DNA from: Thermoanaerobaculia bacterium
GTDB lineage: Bacteria > Acidobacteriota > Thermoanaerobaculia > Gp7-AA8
DNA: 64,000 nucleotides
Assembly: GCA_044866315.1 (NCBI GenBank)
Contig: JBIOTX010000088.1
Location: 4,210 to 68,209, forward strand
Reading direction: 5' to 3'
Below the pieces are notes generated by a model. The model searched no databases, was not told the DNA's origin, and saw nothing but the letters and a program-made list of their open reading frames with translations. This document shows, piece by piece, positions 42,724 to 51,249 of the stretch; the stretch's first letter is position 1; the number at the start of each line of letters is the position of its first letter. The position numbers and the translations under genes were made by a program.

Positions 42724-44001
42724 ATGCTCCGCCCCCGGTTGGTGTTCCCGGTTCTCCTCGTCCTCCTCCTTGCGGCCGTATCCGCGCCTGCCGCCACGGT
42801 CTTCCGCGTCACCAGCGACGCCGACTCCGGCCCCGGATCGCTCCGTGAGGCCATCGAACAGGCCAACGCGAGCTGCCGCGGCACCGACTGCCAGATCCTC
42901 GGCGACGGCAATGCGGCGCTCCTCGTGCGCCTGGTGACGCCGCTGCCGCCCATCACGGCCTGCAATGTCGTGATCGACAGCGGCTCGTTCTCGATCTACA
43001 CCGGGCACCGGGCCATCGAGCTGGACGGATCGGCGCTGGCGCGCGGCAACGGATTCGAGATCCGCACGGCCTGTCCCGCCGGTGTGCGCGGCGTGACCAT
43101 CCGCGGCTTCGCCATCGGCGGCTTCCCGGAGAACGGGATCTACCTGGCCACGAACGACGCGGACCCGGGCTCTTCCCGCACCTTCCACCGGATCGAGGAG
43201 AACGCCATCGGCCTGGAGAAGCTCGGCGAGGACGCCCGCCCGAACGGACAGCGCGGCATCGCCGTGGAGTCGACGCGCACGTGCGCGCGGATCGAGAAGA
43301 ACTACATCGCCGCGAACCGCCGCAGCGGCGTGGCCATCTGGGCATCCGCGCCGGACACGTTCATCGTCGGCAACCTCATCGGCTGGGGCAACTGGCTCCG
43401 GCCGCACCCGAACGGCAACGGCGCGAGCGGTATCTTCATCGGCGCCGACGACGTCGCCGTCGAAACCAACAACATCGCCTTCAACCACCAGTTCGGCGTC
43501 TCCATCGCGCCCGGCGTGAAGCGCGCCGGAGTGCGCGGCAACACCATTCACTCGAACGGCGAGCGGGCCATCGACTGGAACCTCGACGGCGAGACGCCGA
43601 ACGACGCCGGGGAGACGGACGGCGTTCCGAACGCGCCGATCCTCACCTCCTTCCGCACGTACAAGTCGGGCATCGGCCGCAATGCCGAAGACGCCAGCCG
43701 GATCTCGTGCATCCTCCGCAGCCGCACCGGCGTGTACGGCAACCGCTTCACCATCAACCTCTACGTCAACAACGGACCGGGCCTGGCCGGCCGCTTCGAG
43801 GCCTTCGACCGTCACCTGTCCTTCGACGTCACCCCTCCGAACGACGGCCTGTTCGAGGTCGCCTTCGAGTCGCCGGAGATGAAGGGCGGATTCTTCCGAG
43901 GCCTGTACCACGGCATCACATTCACCGCGCAACTCGTCGTCACCGACGAGAGCGGCCGCTCCTGGACCTCCGAGCTGAGCGCGCCGTTCACGGTTCCGTA
44001 G
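42724..44001 (+). CDS. Beta-helix paralog 2: secreted parallel beta-helix protein lacking the N-terminal DUF11-like domain
   Basis: MLRPRLVFPVLLVLLLAAVSAPA signal, then directly VFRVTSDADSGPGSLREAIEQAN. PbH1-like repeats. IDWNLDGETPNDAGETDGVPNAPILTS. Ends TSELSAPFTVP. Confidence 0.8.
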   Translation: MLRPRLVFPVLLVLLLAAVSAPAATVFRVTSDADSGPGSLREAIEQANASCRGTDCQILGDGNAALLVRLVTPLPPITACNVVIDSGSFSIYTGHRAIELDGSALARGNGFEIRTACPAGVRGVTIRGFAIGGFPENGIYLATNDADPGSSRTFHRIEENAIGLEKLGEDARPNGQRGIAVESTRTCARIEKNYIAANRRSGVAIWASAPDTFIVGNLIGWGNWLRPHPNGNGASGIFIGADDVAVETNNIAFNHQFGVSIAPGVKRAGVRGNTIHSNGERAIDWNLDGETPNDAGETDGVPNAPILTSFRTYKSGIGRNAEDASRISCILRSRTGVYGNRFTINLYVNNGPGLAGRFEAFDRHLSFDVTPPNDGLFEVAFESPEMKGGFFRGLYHGITFTAQLVVTDESGRSWTSELSAPFTVP

Positions 44002-44031
44002 TTGCACTTCATCCACGGGAGATCCCATCGC

Positions 44032-45636
44032 ATGCGAGCATTCACCGCCGTTCTCGTTCTCTTCTCCGCCTTCTCCGCCTACGCCGCGGCCGACGTGAGC
44101 GCCTTCGTCAACGGCTTCTTTCAGCCGCTGAAGACGCCGTTCGAGGCCACGACGGGCTTCGGCGTCTACAACGACGGTCCCGACGCCTCCGGCCCGCTGA
44201 CGCTGCGCGTCACCGCGCCCGCGCCGCTCCAGCTCCAGGCCCAGCCGCGGCCGGAGTCGAAGCTCGTCTGCGCGGACCAGGGATCGGCTGTCGTCTGCAC
44301 GCACCCCGGCCTCGAGCCGAAGACGGGGGACGCTCTGTTGCTGCGCGCCTTCGCGCCCACGATCAACGCGGGCCGCTACGACCTCGTGGCGGAGGTGACG
44401 GTGGCCGACGATCCGAGGCCGGAGAACAACCGGTTCGTCGCCCGCTCGGAGATCTACTACCTCTTCGAGCTGACCAATGGCGCCGACTCCGGACCGGGCA
44501 CGCTGCGCGAGGCCATCGAGCGCTCCAACGCGGTCTGCCACGGCGACGTCTCCTGCACCATCCAGCCGCTCCAGTGGGGCGGATTCACGGTTCGTCCCGA
44601 GACCCCGCTGCCGGCCATCACCGGCTGCAACCTGGGCATCAGCGCGGGGTCGTCGTCGATCTACTACGGCCCGCGGATGATCGAGCTGGACGGATCGCTC
44701 CTCACCAGCGGCAACGGCCTCCAGGTGCGGTCGGCCTGTCCCGCGGGATCGCGTGGCGTGTACATCACCGGGTTCGCCATCGGCGGCTTCCCGGAGAACG
44801 GGATCGAGCTGGCCACCCAGGACGAGGATCCGGCCACGACCTGCCACACCCTCTACGACAACATCATCGGCCTCGACTACACCGGGCTGGAGCCGCGTCC
44901 GAACGGCCTGCGCGGCGTCTCCGTCGGCTCGCCGAAGACGTGCGTCGAGATCGGCGCGAACTACATCGGCGGCAACCGCGCCAGCGGCATCGCCGTCTGG
45001 GCCGCGGCGCGCGTCGCCATCATCGGCAACCACATCGGCTGGGGCGAGTGGAGCAACCCGAAGCCGAACGGGAACGGCGCCAGCGGCATCTACATCGGCT
45101 CCGACGAGGCCACCGTCTACAGCAACAACATCGCCTTCAACGGCCAGTTCGGCATCGCCATCGCCCCCTGGGTGCGGCGGCCGGGTGTATTCGGGAACAC
45201 GATCCACTCCAACGGCGGCAAGGCCATCGACTGGGCCCTCGACGGCGACACGCCGAACGATGCCGAGGAGAGCGACGGCATCCCGAACGCGCCGCAGATC
45301 ACCTCCATCCGTGCCGTCCAGGTCAACGGGCAGCCGCGCATGGTGATCTCGGGCCTGCTGCGCAGCCGCACCGGCGTGTTCGGCGACCGCTACTTCATCC
45401 GCTTCTACATCAACGGCGGTCCCGGCCTGACCGGGCGGTTCGAAGCCTTCCAGCCGTTCCTGGTCATGGAGGTGCATCCGAGCGCCGACGGACCGTTCGA
45501 GCTGGCCTTCGAGTCGACTCCGTTCGGCGTCCTGCGGCCCGGGACGATGGTCACCGCGCAGCTCAACGTCACCGACGCGGGCAATCCGAACCGCGGCACG
45601 ACCTCGGAGCTGAGCGCGCCCGTTCCCGTCCCGTAG
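44032..45636 (+). CDS. Beta-helix paralog 3: signal peptide + DUF11/CARDB-like Ig domain + GTLREAI motif + parallel beta-helix + Ig-like C-terminal domain
   Basis: ATG at 44032 after GGGAGA. MRAFTAVLVLFSAFSAYA. YNDGPDASGPL...LVCADQGSAVVCTHP. ADSGPGTLREAIERSNA. NGNGASGIYIG, NNIAFNGQFGIAIA, IHSNGGKAIDWALDGDTPNDAEESDGIPNAPQITS. Ends TSELSAPVPVP. Confidence 0.85.
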   Translation: MRAFTAVLVLFSAFSAYAAADVSAFVNGFFQPLKTPFEATTGFGVYNDGPDASGPLTLRVTAPAPLQLQAQPRPESKLVCADQGSAVVCTHPGLEPKTGDALLLRAFAPTINAGRYDLVAEVTVADDPRPENNRFVARSEIYYLFELTNGADSGPGTLREAIERSNAVCHGDVSCTIQPLQWGGFTVRPETPLPAITGCNLGISAGSSSIYYGPRMIELDGSLLTSGNGLQVRSACPAGSRGVYITGFAIGGFPENGIELATQDEDPATTCHTLYDNIIGLDYTGLEPRPNGLRGVSVGSPKTCVEIGANYIGGNRASGIAVWAAARVAIIGNHIGWGEWSNPKPNGNGASGIYIGSDEATVYSNNIAFNGQFGIAIAPWVRRPGVFGNTIHSNGGKAIDWALDGDTPNDAEESDGIPNAPQITSIRAVQVNGQPRMVISGLLRSRTGVFGDRYFIRFYINGGPGLTGRFEAFQPFLVMEVHPSADGPFELAFESTPFGVLRPGTMVTAQLNVTDAGNPNRGTTSELSAPVPVP

Positions 45637-45651
45637 ACAACAAGGAAAGCC

Positions 45652-47265
45652 ATGACCCGCTCCCTGGTACTGCTCCTCTCCCTCTTCTCCGCTCTGGCCG
45701 CCCACGCCGCGTCCGACCTGCGCGCCTTCGCCGACGGCTTCTTCCGGCCGCTGACGACGCCGTTCGAGACCACGATCGGCATCGGCGTCTTCAATCATGG
45801 TCCGGATGCCTCCGGCCCGCTGAAGCTGCGGATCACCCCGCCCGCGCCGCTCCAGCTCGAGGCCCAGCCGAGGCCGGAGACGCAGCTCGTCTGCGCGCCG
45901 GAGGGAGCGTCCGTCGTCTGCACCCACCCCGGTCTCGCGAAGGACGCGCTGGACTTCAGGCGGTTCCGCGTCTTCGCCTCCACGATCGACGCGGGCGGCT
46001 ACGACATCACCGTGGAAGTGGAGTCGGCCGATGATCCGAAGCCGGAGAACAACCGCATCACCGCCCACGGGGAGATCTATCACCTCTTCGCCCTCACCAC
46101 CGACGCCGACTCCGGACCGGGCTCGCTGCGCGACGCCATCGAGCGCTCGAACGCGATCTGCCCCGGCAACGTGATCTGCAGGATCGAGCCGGTCCAGTTC
46201 GGCGGGTTCACCTATCGTCCCTCCACGCCGCTGCCGGCCATCACCGGCTGCAACGTGAGCCTCAACTCGGGATCGTCTTCGATCTACGTCGGTGTGCGCC
46301 TCATCGAGCTGGATGGCACGCGGCTCACCGCCGGCAACGGCCTGGAGGTGCGCTCGTCCTGTCCCGCGGGCGCGCGCGGCGTGAGCATCACCGGATTTGC
46401 CATCGGCGGGTTCCCCGAGAACGGGATCGAGGTGGCCACGCAGGACGAGGATCCCGGCTCGCCCGGGACCTGTCACTCGATCGGCGAGAACGCCATCGGC
46501 CTCGATTTCACGGCCCTGGAGCCGCGGCCGAACGGCCTGCGCGGGATCTCCGTGGCCTCGCCGCGGAGCTGCGTATCGATCGTCCGGAACTACATCGGCG
46601 GCAACCGCGCCAGCGGCATCTCGGTCTGGGCCGCGGCACGCGTCGGCATCTTTCAGAATCACATCGGCTGGGGGGACTGGACCCGCCCGAAGCCGAACGG
46701 CAACGGCGCCAGCGGCATCTACATCGGCTCCGACGAAGTCTTCGTCTCCGACAACAACATCGCCTTCAACGGCCAGTTCGGGATCGCCATCGCCCGCTGG
46801 GTGCGCCGGCCCGGCGTGCGCCAGAACGTCATCCACTCCAACGGCGGCAAGGCCATCGACTGGGCCCTCGACGGCGACACGCCGAACGACGCCGACGAGA
46901 GCGACGGCATCCCGAACGCGCCGCAGATCACCTCCATCCGCACCGTCCAGGGCAGCGACGGCCAGCCGCGCCTGGTGATCGCGGGCCTCTTGCGCAGCCG
47001 CACCGGCGTGTTCGGCGAGCGCTTCTTCATCAGCTTCTACATCAACGGCGGCCCCGGCCTCAGCGGCCGGTTCGAGGCCTTCCAGCCGTTTGCCTCGATC
47101 GAGGTGCAGCCGAATGCCGACGGGGTGTTCGAGCTGGCCTGGGAGTCGAGCTCGCTCGGCGTCCCGCGCAGCGGGACGATGGTCACCGCGCAGCTCAACG
47201 TCCTCGACAGCAACCGGCTCCACGGCACGACCTCGGAGCTGAGCGCTCCCGTTCCCGTCCCGTAG
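45652..47265 (+). CDS. Beta-helix paralog 4 (about 75% aa identity to paralog 3 by eye)
   Basis: MTRSLVLLLSLFSALAAHA. Same domain order and motifs. Ends TSELSAPVPVP. Confidence 0.85.
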   Translation: MTRSLVLLLSLFSALAAHAASDLRAFADGFFRPLTTPFETTIGIGVFNHGPDASGPLKLRITPPAPLQLEAQPRPETQLVCAPEGASVVCTHPGLAKDALDFRRFRVFASTIDAGGYDITVEVESADDPKPENNRITAHGEIYHLFALTTDADSGPGSLRDAIERSNAICPGNVICRIEPVQFGGFTYRPSTPLPAITGCNVSLNSGSSSIYVGVRLIELDGTRLTAGNGLEVRSSCPAGARGVSITGFAIGGFPENGIEVATQDEDPGSPGTCHSIGENAIGLDFTALEPRPNGLRGISVASPRSCVSIVRNYIGGNRASGISVWAAARVGIFQNHIGWGDWTRPKPNGNGASGIYIGSDEVFVSDNNIAFNGQFGIAIARWVRRPGVRQNVIHSNGGKAIDWALDGDTPNDADESDGIPNAPQITSIRTVQGSDGQPRLVIAGLLRSRTGVFGERFFISFYINGGPGLSGRFEAFQPFASIEVQPNADGVFELAWESSSLGVPRSGTMVTAQLNVLDSNRLHGTTSELSAPVPVP

Positions 47266-47279
47266 ACCCGGAGGATCCC

Positions 47280-48932
47280 TTGCATACCCATTCGATCATG
47301 ACCATGACCCGCTCCCTGGCAGTGCTTCTCGCGCTCGTCGCCGCCCTCTCCGCCCACGCCGCCGCCGACCTCCAGATCTTCGGGCAGACCGGACAGGCAC
47401 CGGCAGGCAGCGCCTTCCAGGCCCACATGTCCTTCTTCGTCGTCAACCGCGGTCCGGACACCTCCGGACCGATCAAGGTCCGGATGACCTTCCCGGAGGG
47501 GACGGTGTTCCCGGGCCTCTTCCCGGGCGATGTGCCGTGGACCTGCGCGACGGAAGGAGCGTCGGTGGTCTGCACGCGTCCGCCCCTCCTGGCCGAGCAC
47601 GGCGACAGCCGCAACTTCACCGTCACCGCCTCGGCGCCCATCGCCCCCGGCACGTACGACGTCGTGTTCGAGCTGCTCGACGCGGAGGGCGATCCGAATC
47701 TGGACAACAACCGGTCCGTCGTGCCGCTGGTCGTGTATCACCAGCTCGACGTGACCACCGACGCCGACTCCGGGCCGGGCTCGCTGCGCGCGGCCATCGA
47801 GTTCGCGAACGCCAACTGTCACGACGGCATCCTCTGCCACATCACCGGTCCGCGGGAGGGCGAGATGACCATCCGCCCGCTCTCGCCGCTGCCGCCGATC
47901 ACGGCCTGCGGCGTGAGCATGAACGCGGGCTCGAATTCGATCTACTGGGAGCATCGCCGCATCACCCTCGACGGCTCGCTGCTCCAGGCAGGGAACGGCC
48001 TGGAGGTGCGCACCGCCTGTCCCGCGGGCACGCCCGGCGTGTCCATCAGCGGCTTCGCCATCGGCAACTTCCCGGGGAACGGCATCGTCCTGGCGACGCA
48101 GGATGAAGACCCGTGCAGCTCACGGCACGGGGTGATCGAGAACGTGATCGGCCTCGACAAGGTCGGCCTCGAGCCGCGGCCGAACGGGCAGCGCGGGGTC
48201 TCCGTGGAGTCGCCGCGCACCTGCGCGAGCATCAACTTCAACTGGATCGGCGCGAACCGCGCCAGCGGCATCGCCATCTGGGGCGCCGCGCCGGCGACGG
48301 TCGTGTTCTCGAATCACATCGGCTGGGGTCACTGGCTGCAGCCGCGCGCGAACGGCAACGGCGCCAGCGGGGTCTTCATCAACGCCAACGACGTGCACGT
48401 GGTCGGCAACAACATCGCCTTCAACGGCCAGTTCGGCGTGTCCATCATGCGCGGCGTCCAGCGCCCGGACGTGCGCAACAATGTGGTCCACTCGAACGTC
48501 GAGCCGGCCATCGACTGGGGCCTCGACCGGGAGACGCCGAACGATCCCGACGAGAGCGACGGCATTCCCAACAAGCCGGTGATCACCTCCGTGACCACGT
48601 CCGAGCGCAACGTCTCCGGCTTCCGAGAGATCACCGCCCGGGTCGCCGGCGTCGTCCGCAGCCGCACCGGCGTCTACGGCTCGCGCTACATCGTGAACGT
48701 CTACGTCAGCGGCGGCCCGGGACTCCACGGCCGCTACGAGGCGTTCTCGTTCGTCCGGTCGGTCGAGGTGTTTCCGGACCACGAGGGCACGTTCGAAGCC
48801 CGCTTCGAGACGGACGAGGTGCGCTTCTTCACCAAGACGGAGCTCGGCTTCACCGCCCAGCTCGTGGTCCAGGACCAGGAGGGCCGGAACTTCTGGTCCT
48901 CGGAGCTGAGCGACCCGTACGTCGTGCCCTAG
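47280..48932 (+). CDS. Beta-helix paralog 5
   Basis: TTG at 47280, 5 nt after GGAGGA (alternative ATGs at 47298 and 47304). ...MTRSLAVLLALVAALSAHA. Same domain order. Ends SSELSDPYVVP. Confidence 0.85.
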   Translation: MHTHSIMTMTRSLAVLLALVAALSAHAAADLQIFGQTGQAPAGSAFQAHMSFFVVNRGPDTSGPIKVRMTFPEGTVFPGLFPGDVPWTCATEGASVVCTRPPLLAEHGDSRNFTVTASAPIAPGTYDVVFELLDAEGDPNLDNNRSVVPLVVYHQLDVTTDADSGPGSLRAAIEFANANCHDGILCHITGPREGEMTIRPLSPLPPITACGVSMNAGSNSIYWEHRRITLDGSLLQAGNGLEVRTACPAGTPGVSISGFAIGNFPGNGIVLATQDEDPCSSRHGVIENVIGLDKVGLEPRPNGQRGVSVESPRTCASINFNWIGANRASGIAIWGAAPATVVFSNHIGWGHWLQPRANGNGASGVFINANDVHVVGNNIAFNGQFGVSIMRGVQRPDVRNNVVHSNVEPAIDWGLDRETPNDPDESDGIPNKPVITSVTTSERNVSGFREITARVAGVVRSRTGVYGSRYIVNVYVSGGPGLHGRYEAFSFVRSVEVFPDHEGTFEARFETDEVRFFTKTELGFTAQLVVQDQEGRNFWSSELSDPYVVP

Positions 48933-48933
48933 T

Positions 48934-48994
48934 TTTGGAGTGCGGCGGCATCGCCGCCGCTTTGAAAGCGGCAGCGCAGCTGCCGCACTCCAAA
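48934..48994. repeat. REP3 family full element directly after the paralog 5 stop
   Basis: tttggagtgcggcgg-catcg-ccgccgctttgaaagcggcag-cgcag-ctgccgcactccaaa. Confidence 0.8.
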
Positions 48995-49032
48995 CGCTCG
49001 CTCCGCGAACGATGCGCGTCCGTAGACGAAGG

Positions 49033-49116
49033 ACGCGTGTTCCTGCACGCAGCACCGGCGACCGTACGCGTACGACGCGTGTTGCTGCACGCAGCATCGG
49101 CGACCGTACGCGTACG
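49033..49116. repeat. 42-bp tandem direct repeat x2 (40/42 identical), each unit ending in the 12-bp palindrome CGTACGCGTACG
   Basis: acgcgtgttcctgcacgcagcaccggcgaccgtacgcgtacg / acgcgtgttgctgcacgcagcatcggcgaccgtacgcgtacg. Confidence 0.85.
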
Positions 49117-49314
49117 GTGCGCATTGCTGGGTGAAGCACTCGCAACGGAAGGCTCAGGACGCGGATTGCGAATTTTGGCAACCGCCGCGCTGGCGCGACG
49201 CGACGGGCAGCTTCGGCCAGCCCGAAATGTGCTCCACGGAGGACACAAACGGCTCCAAAAACCTGCAGTTTTGATCCCCCGACGCCGTCGCGTCATTCGC
49301 GCAGCATCGGGTCT

Positions 49315-49390
49315 CCTTCCCACAGCCTGCGGACTGCTTCCCGCAGCAGTGCGTCTGCTTCCCGTACGTCGCGAGTGATTCCCGCAGCAA
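49315..49390. repeat. Four phased copies (21/21/20-bp spacing) of a TTCCC(G/A)(C/T)A(G/C) motif
   Basis: ccTTCCCacag (49317), gcTTCCCgcag (49338), gcTTCCCgtac (49359), gaTTCCCgcag (49379). Confidence 0.7.
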
Positions 49391-49446
49391 CGCGCACCGT
49401 AGGGCTACCGTCGCACTCCGTGAGAATGGGAACCTCGAACCAAAAC

Positions 49447-51204
49447 TCACGGCGTCGCCGTCTTCTGCGCGCCGATCCAGCGATCCACGTTCGCCTCCAG
49501 CACGGACAGCGGCACGGCTCCGCTGCCGAGGACGACGTCGTGGAATTCGCGGACGTCGAAGCGCGTGCCGAGGAAGGTCTCGGCGCGCTTGCGGAGCTCT
49601 TTGATCTTCAGTTCTCCGAGCTTGTAGGCCAGGGCCTGGCCGGGCCAGGAGATGTAGCGATCGATCTCGGTCCGGACTTCGTGCAGCGGCAACGCGGTGC
49701 GGGTGGCCATGTAGTCAATGGCCTCTTGGCGCGTCCAGCCCATGGAGTGGATTCCGGTATCGACGACCAGGCGGCAGGCGCGCCACATCTCGTACGAGAG
49801 GCGACCGAAGTTGGCGTAGGGATCGGTGTAGAAGCCGGCTTCGAGGCCGAGCCATTCGGAGTAGAGGCCCCAGCCTTCGCCGAAGGCCGAGATGTACGAG
49901 AAGCGGCGGAAGTTCGGTAGACCGCCGAGCTCGCGGCCGAGGGCGACCTGGAGGTGGTGGCCGGGCACGGCCTCGTGCAGCGTCAGCGCCTCCATGTTGT
50001 ACAGCGGACGGCTCTCGAGCTTGTAGGTGTTGACCCAGTAGATTCCCGGCTGCGTGCCGCCCATCGGCGCGGAGACGTATCGGCCGGTGGTGTACTTCGG
50101 AGCAATGTCGTTCGGGACGGGGTCGACGGTGTAGGGGAGACGGGGAAGGGTCTTGAAGAGCGAGGGCAGCTTGCCATCCATCCGCTTGGCGATGCGCGAG
50201 GCGACCATCAGCAGCTCTTCCGGCGTTTTGGCGTAGAAGCGGGGATCGGTGCGGAGGAACTGCAGGAACGCCGCGAAGTCGCCCTGGAAGCCGACCTCTT
50301 TCATCACCGCGTTCATCTCCGCCGCGATCCGCTCGACCTCGGCCAGTCCGGTCTTGTGGATCTCGTCCGGGGTGAGATCGAGGGTGGTGAACTCGCGGAT
50401 CTTGTAGCGGTAGAAGGCCCGGCCGTTGGGCAGCTCCGACGCGCCGAGAGTCGTGCGCGCACCGGGCAGGTACTCCTTGCGGAAGAAGTCGAGGAGCTCG
50501 CGATAGCCGACGACCGCGGCGTCCTGAATGGCCGCGCGTCCGTTCGCGCGCAGGCGCTCGTGCTCCGACGCGGGAACGGTCGGCGGGAACTTCTCGAACG
50601 GCGCCCAGAACACGCTCTTCGCCGGATCGTCGACCACGTGCGCGGCGATGGTGTTGTCGTATCCGTCCAGCGTCGCCCGCGGCACGGTCATCCCGCGCCT
50701 CAAACCGACGCGCATGAGCGCGATCTCTTCGCGCACCAGCCGCGGCCAGGCATGCAGGCGGCTGATGTAATTCTCGTAGTCCCTGACCGTCTTCAGCGGC
50801 ACCTGCTGCGGCAGCCGCGAGAACGAGCTGTGAAACCCCGAGTCGGCGTTGAACGGAATCTGATCGTCGCCGAGCTCATATCCGGTGATGTTCTCCTGGA
50901 GCTGCTCGCGGAACATGTCGTAGCTCACGACCTCCGCCGCCGGCAGCTTCGCTCGCTCGATCCCCTCCAGCTCCTTCAGCGTCGCCCTGGCCCGGTTGTA
51001 CCGGCGCTCCAGATCGGCAGGCGCCATCGACGGCAGGAGATGGTTGTACTCATGTCGCCCCACGGACGTGGCGAACATCGGACTGGCCTTCAGCCGCTCC
51101 TCCCACTCCCGATCGAACAGAGCGTGGAGCTTTGTCACCTCATCCGCGGCGTTCGGGAGGGCGAAGAGAGAGAGGGCGAAGAGGAGGACGAGCTTGCGCG
51201 TCAT
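49447..51204 (-). CDS. DUF885-family secreted metallopeptidase-like protein
   Basis: ORF 49447..52077 trimmed to MTRKLVLLFALSLFALPNA. HEAVPGHHLQ motif and co-linear DUF885 pattern. Confidence 0.88.
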   Translation of the reverse strand: MTRKLVLLFALSLFALPNAADEVTKLHALFDREWEERLKASPMFATSVGRHEYNHLLPSMAPADLERRYNRARATLKELEGIERAKLPAAEVVSYDMFREQLQENITGYELGDDQIPFNADSGFHSSFSRLPQQVPLKTVRDYENYISRLHAWPRLVREEIALMRVGLRRGMTVPRATLDGYDNTIAAHVVDDPAKSVFWAPFEKFPPTVPASEHERLRANGRAAIQDAAVVGYRELLDFFRKEYLPGARTTLGASELPNGRAFYRYKIREFTTLDLTPDEIHKTGLAEVERIAAEMNAVMKEVGFQGDFAAFLQFLRTDPRFYAKTPEELLMVASRIAKRMDGKLPSLFKTLPRLPYTVDPVPNDIAPKYTTGRYVSAPMGGTQPGIYWVNTYKLESRPLYNMEALTLHEAVPGHHLQVALGRELGGLPNFRRFSYISAFGEGWGLYSEWLGLEAGFYTDPYANFGRLSYEMWRACRLVVDTGIHSMGWTRQEAIDYMATRTALPLHEVRTEIDRYISWPGQALAYKLGELKIKELRKRAETFLGTRFDVREFHDVVLGSGAVPLSVLEANVDRWIGAQKTATP

Positions 51205-51249
51205 GATGGCCCGAAGCTTAGCGCCGGAATTTGTCAGAATGCGCACCCC

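Noticed and set aside
42640-47223. 1527-aa minus-strand ORF spanning beta-helix paralogs 2-4. Similar long antisense or out-of-frame ORFs occur at 11046..14270(+), 28781..31237(+), 5455..7491(-), 16058..18139(-), 51699..54371(-), 58514..61312(+), 61186..63708(+), 3259..5013(+) and 3548..5251(-).
   Set aside because: Their translations are Arg/Gly/Ala/Asp-rich low-complexity sequences typical of stop-free antisense frames in high-GC DNA. In each case the opposite or alternative frame encodes a protein with clear family motifs.
49033-49116. Possible CRISPR array, considered because of direct repeats.
   Set aside because: There are only two directly abutting 42-bp units with no spacers and no cas genes anywhere in the window. 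The phased boxes at 49315-49390 are too short and too close for CRISPR.
49154-49450. 98-aa minus-strand ORF with repeated CGK/CC motifs (GKQTHCCGKQSAGCGKETRCC), which might be a Cys-rich peptide.
   Set aside because: The Cys pattern is simply the translation of the phased TTCCCGCAG DNA repeats. The ORF has no SD and overlaps the end of the DUF885 gene. It is treated as non-coding.
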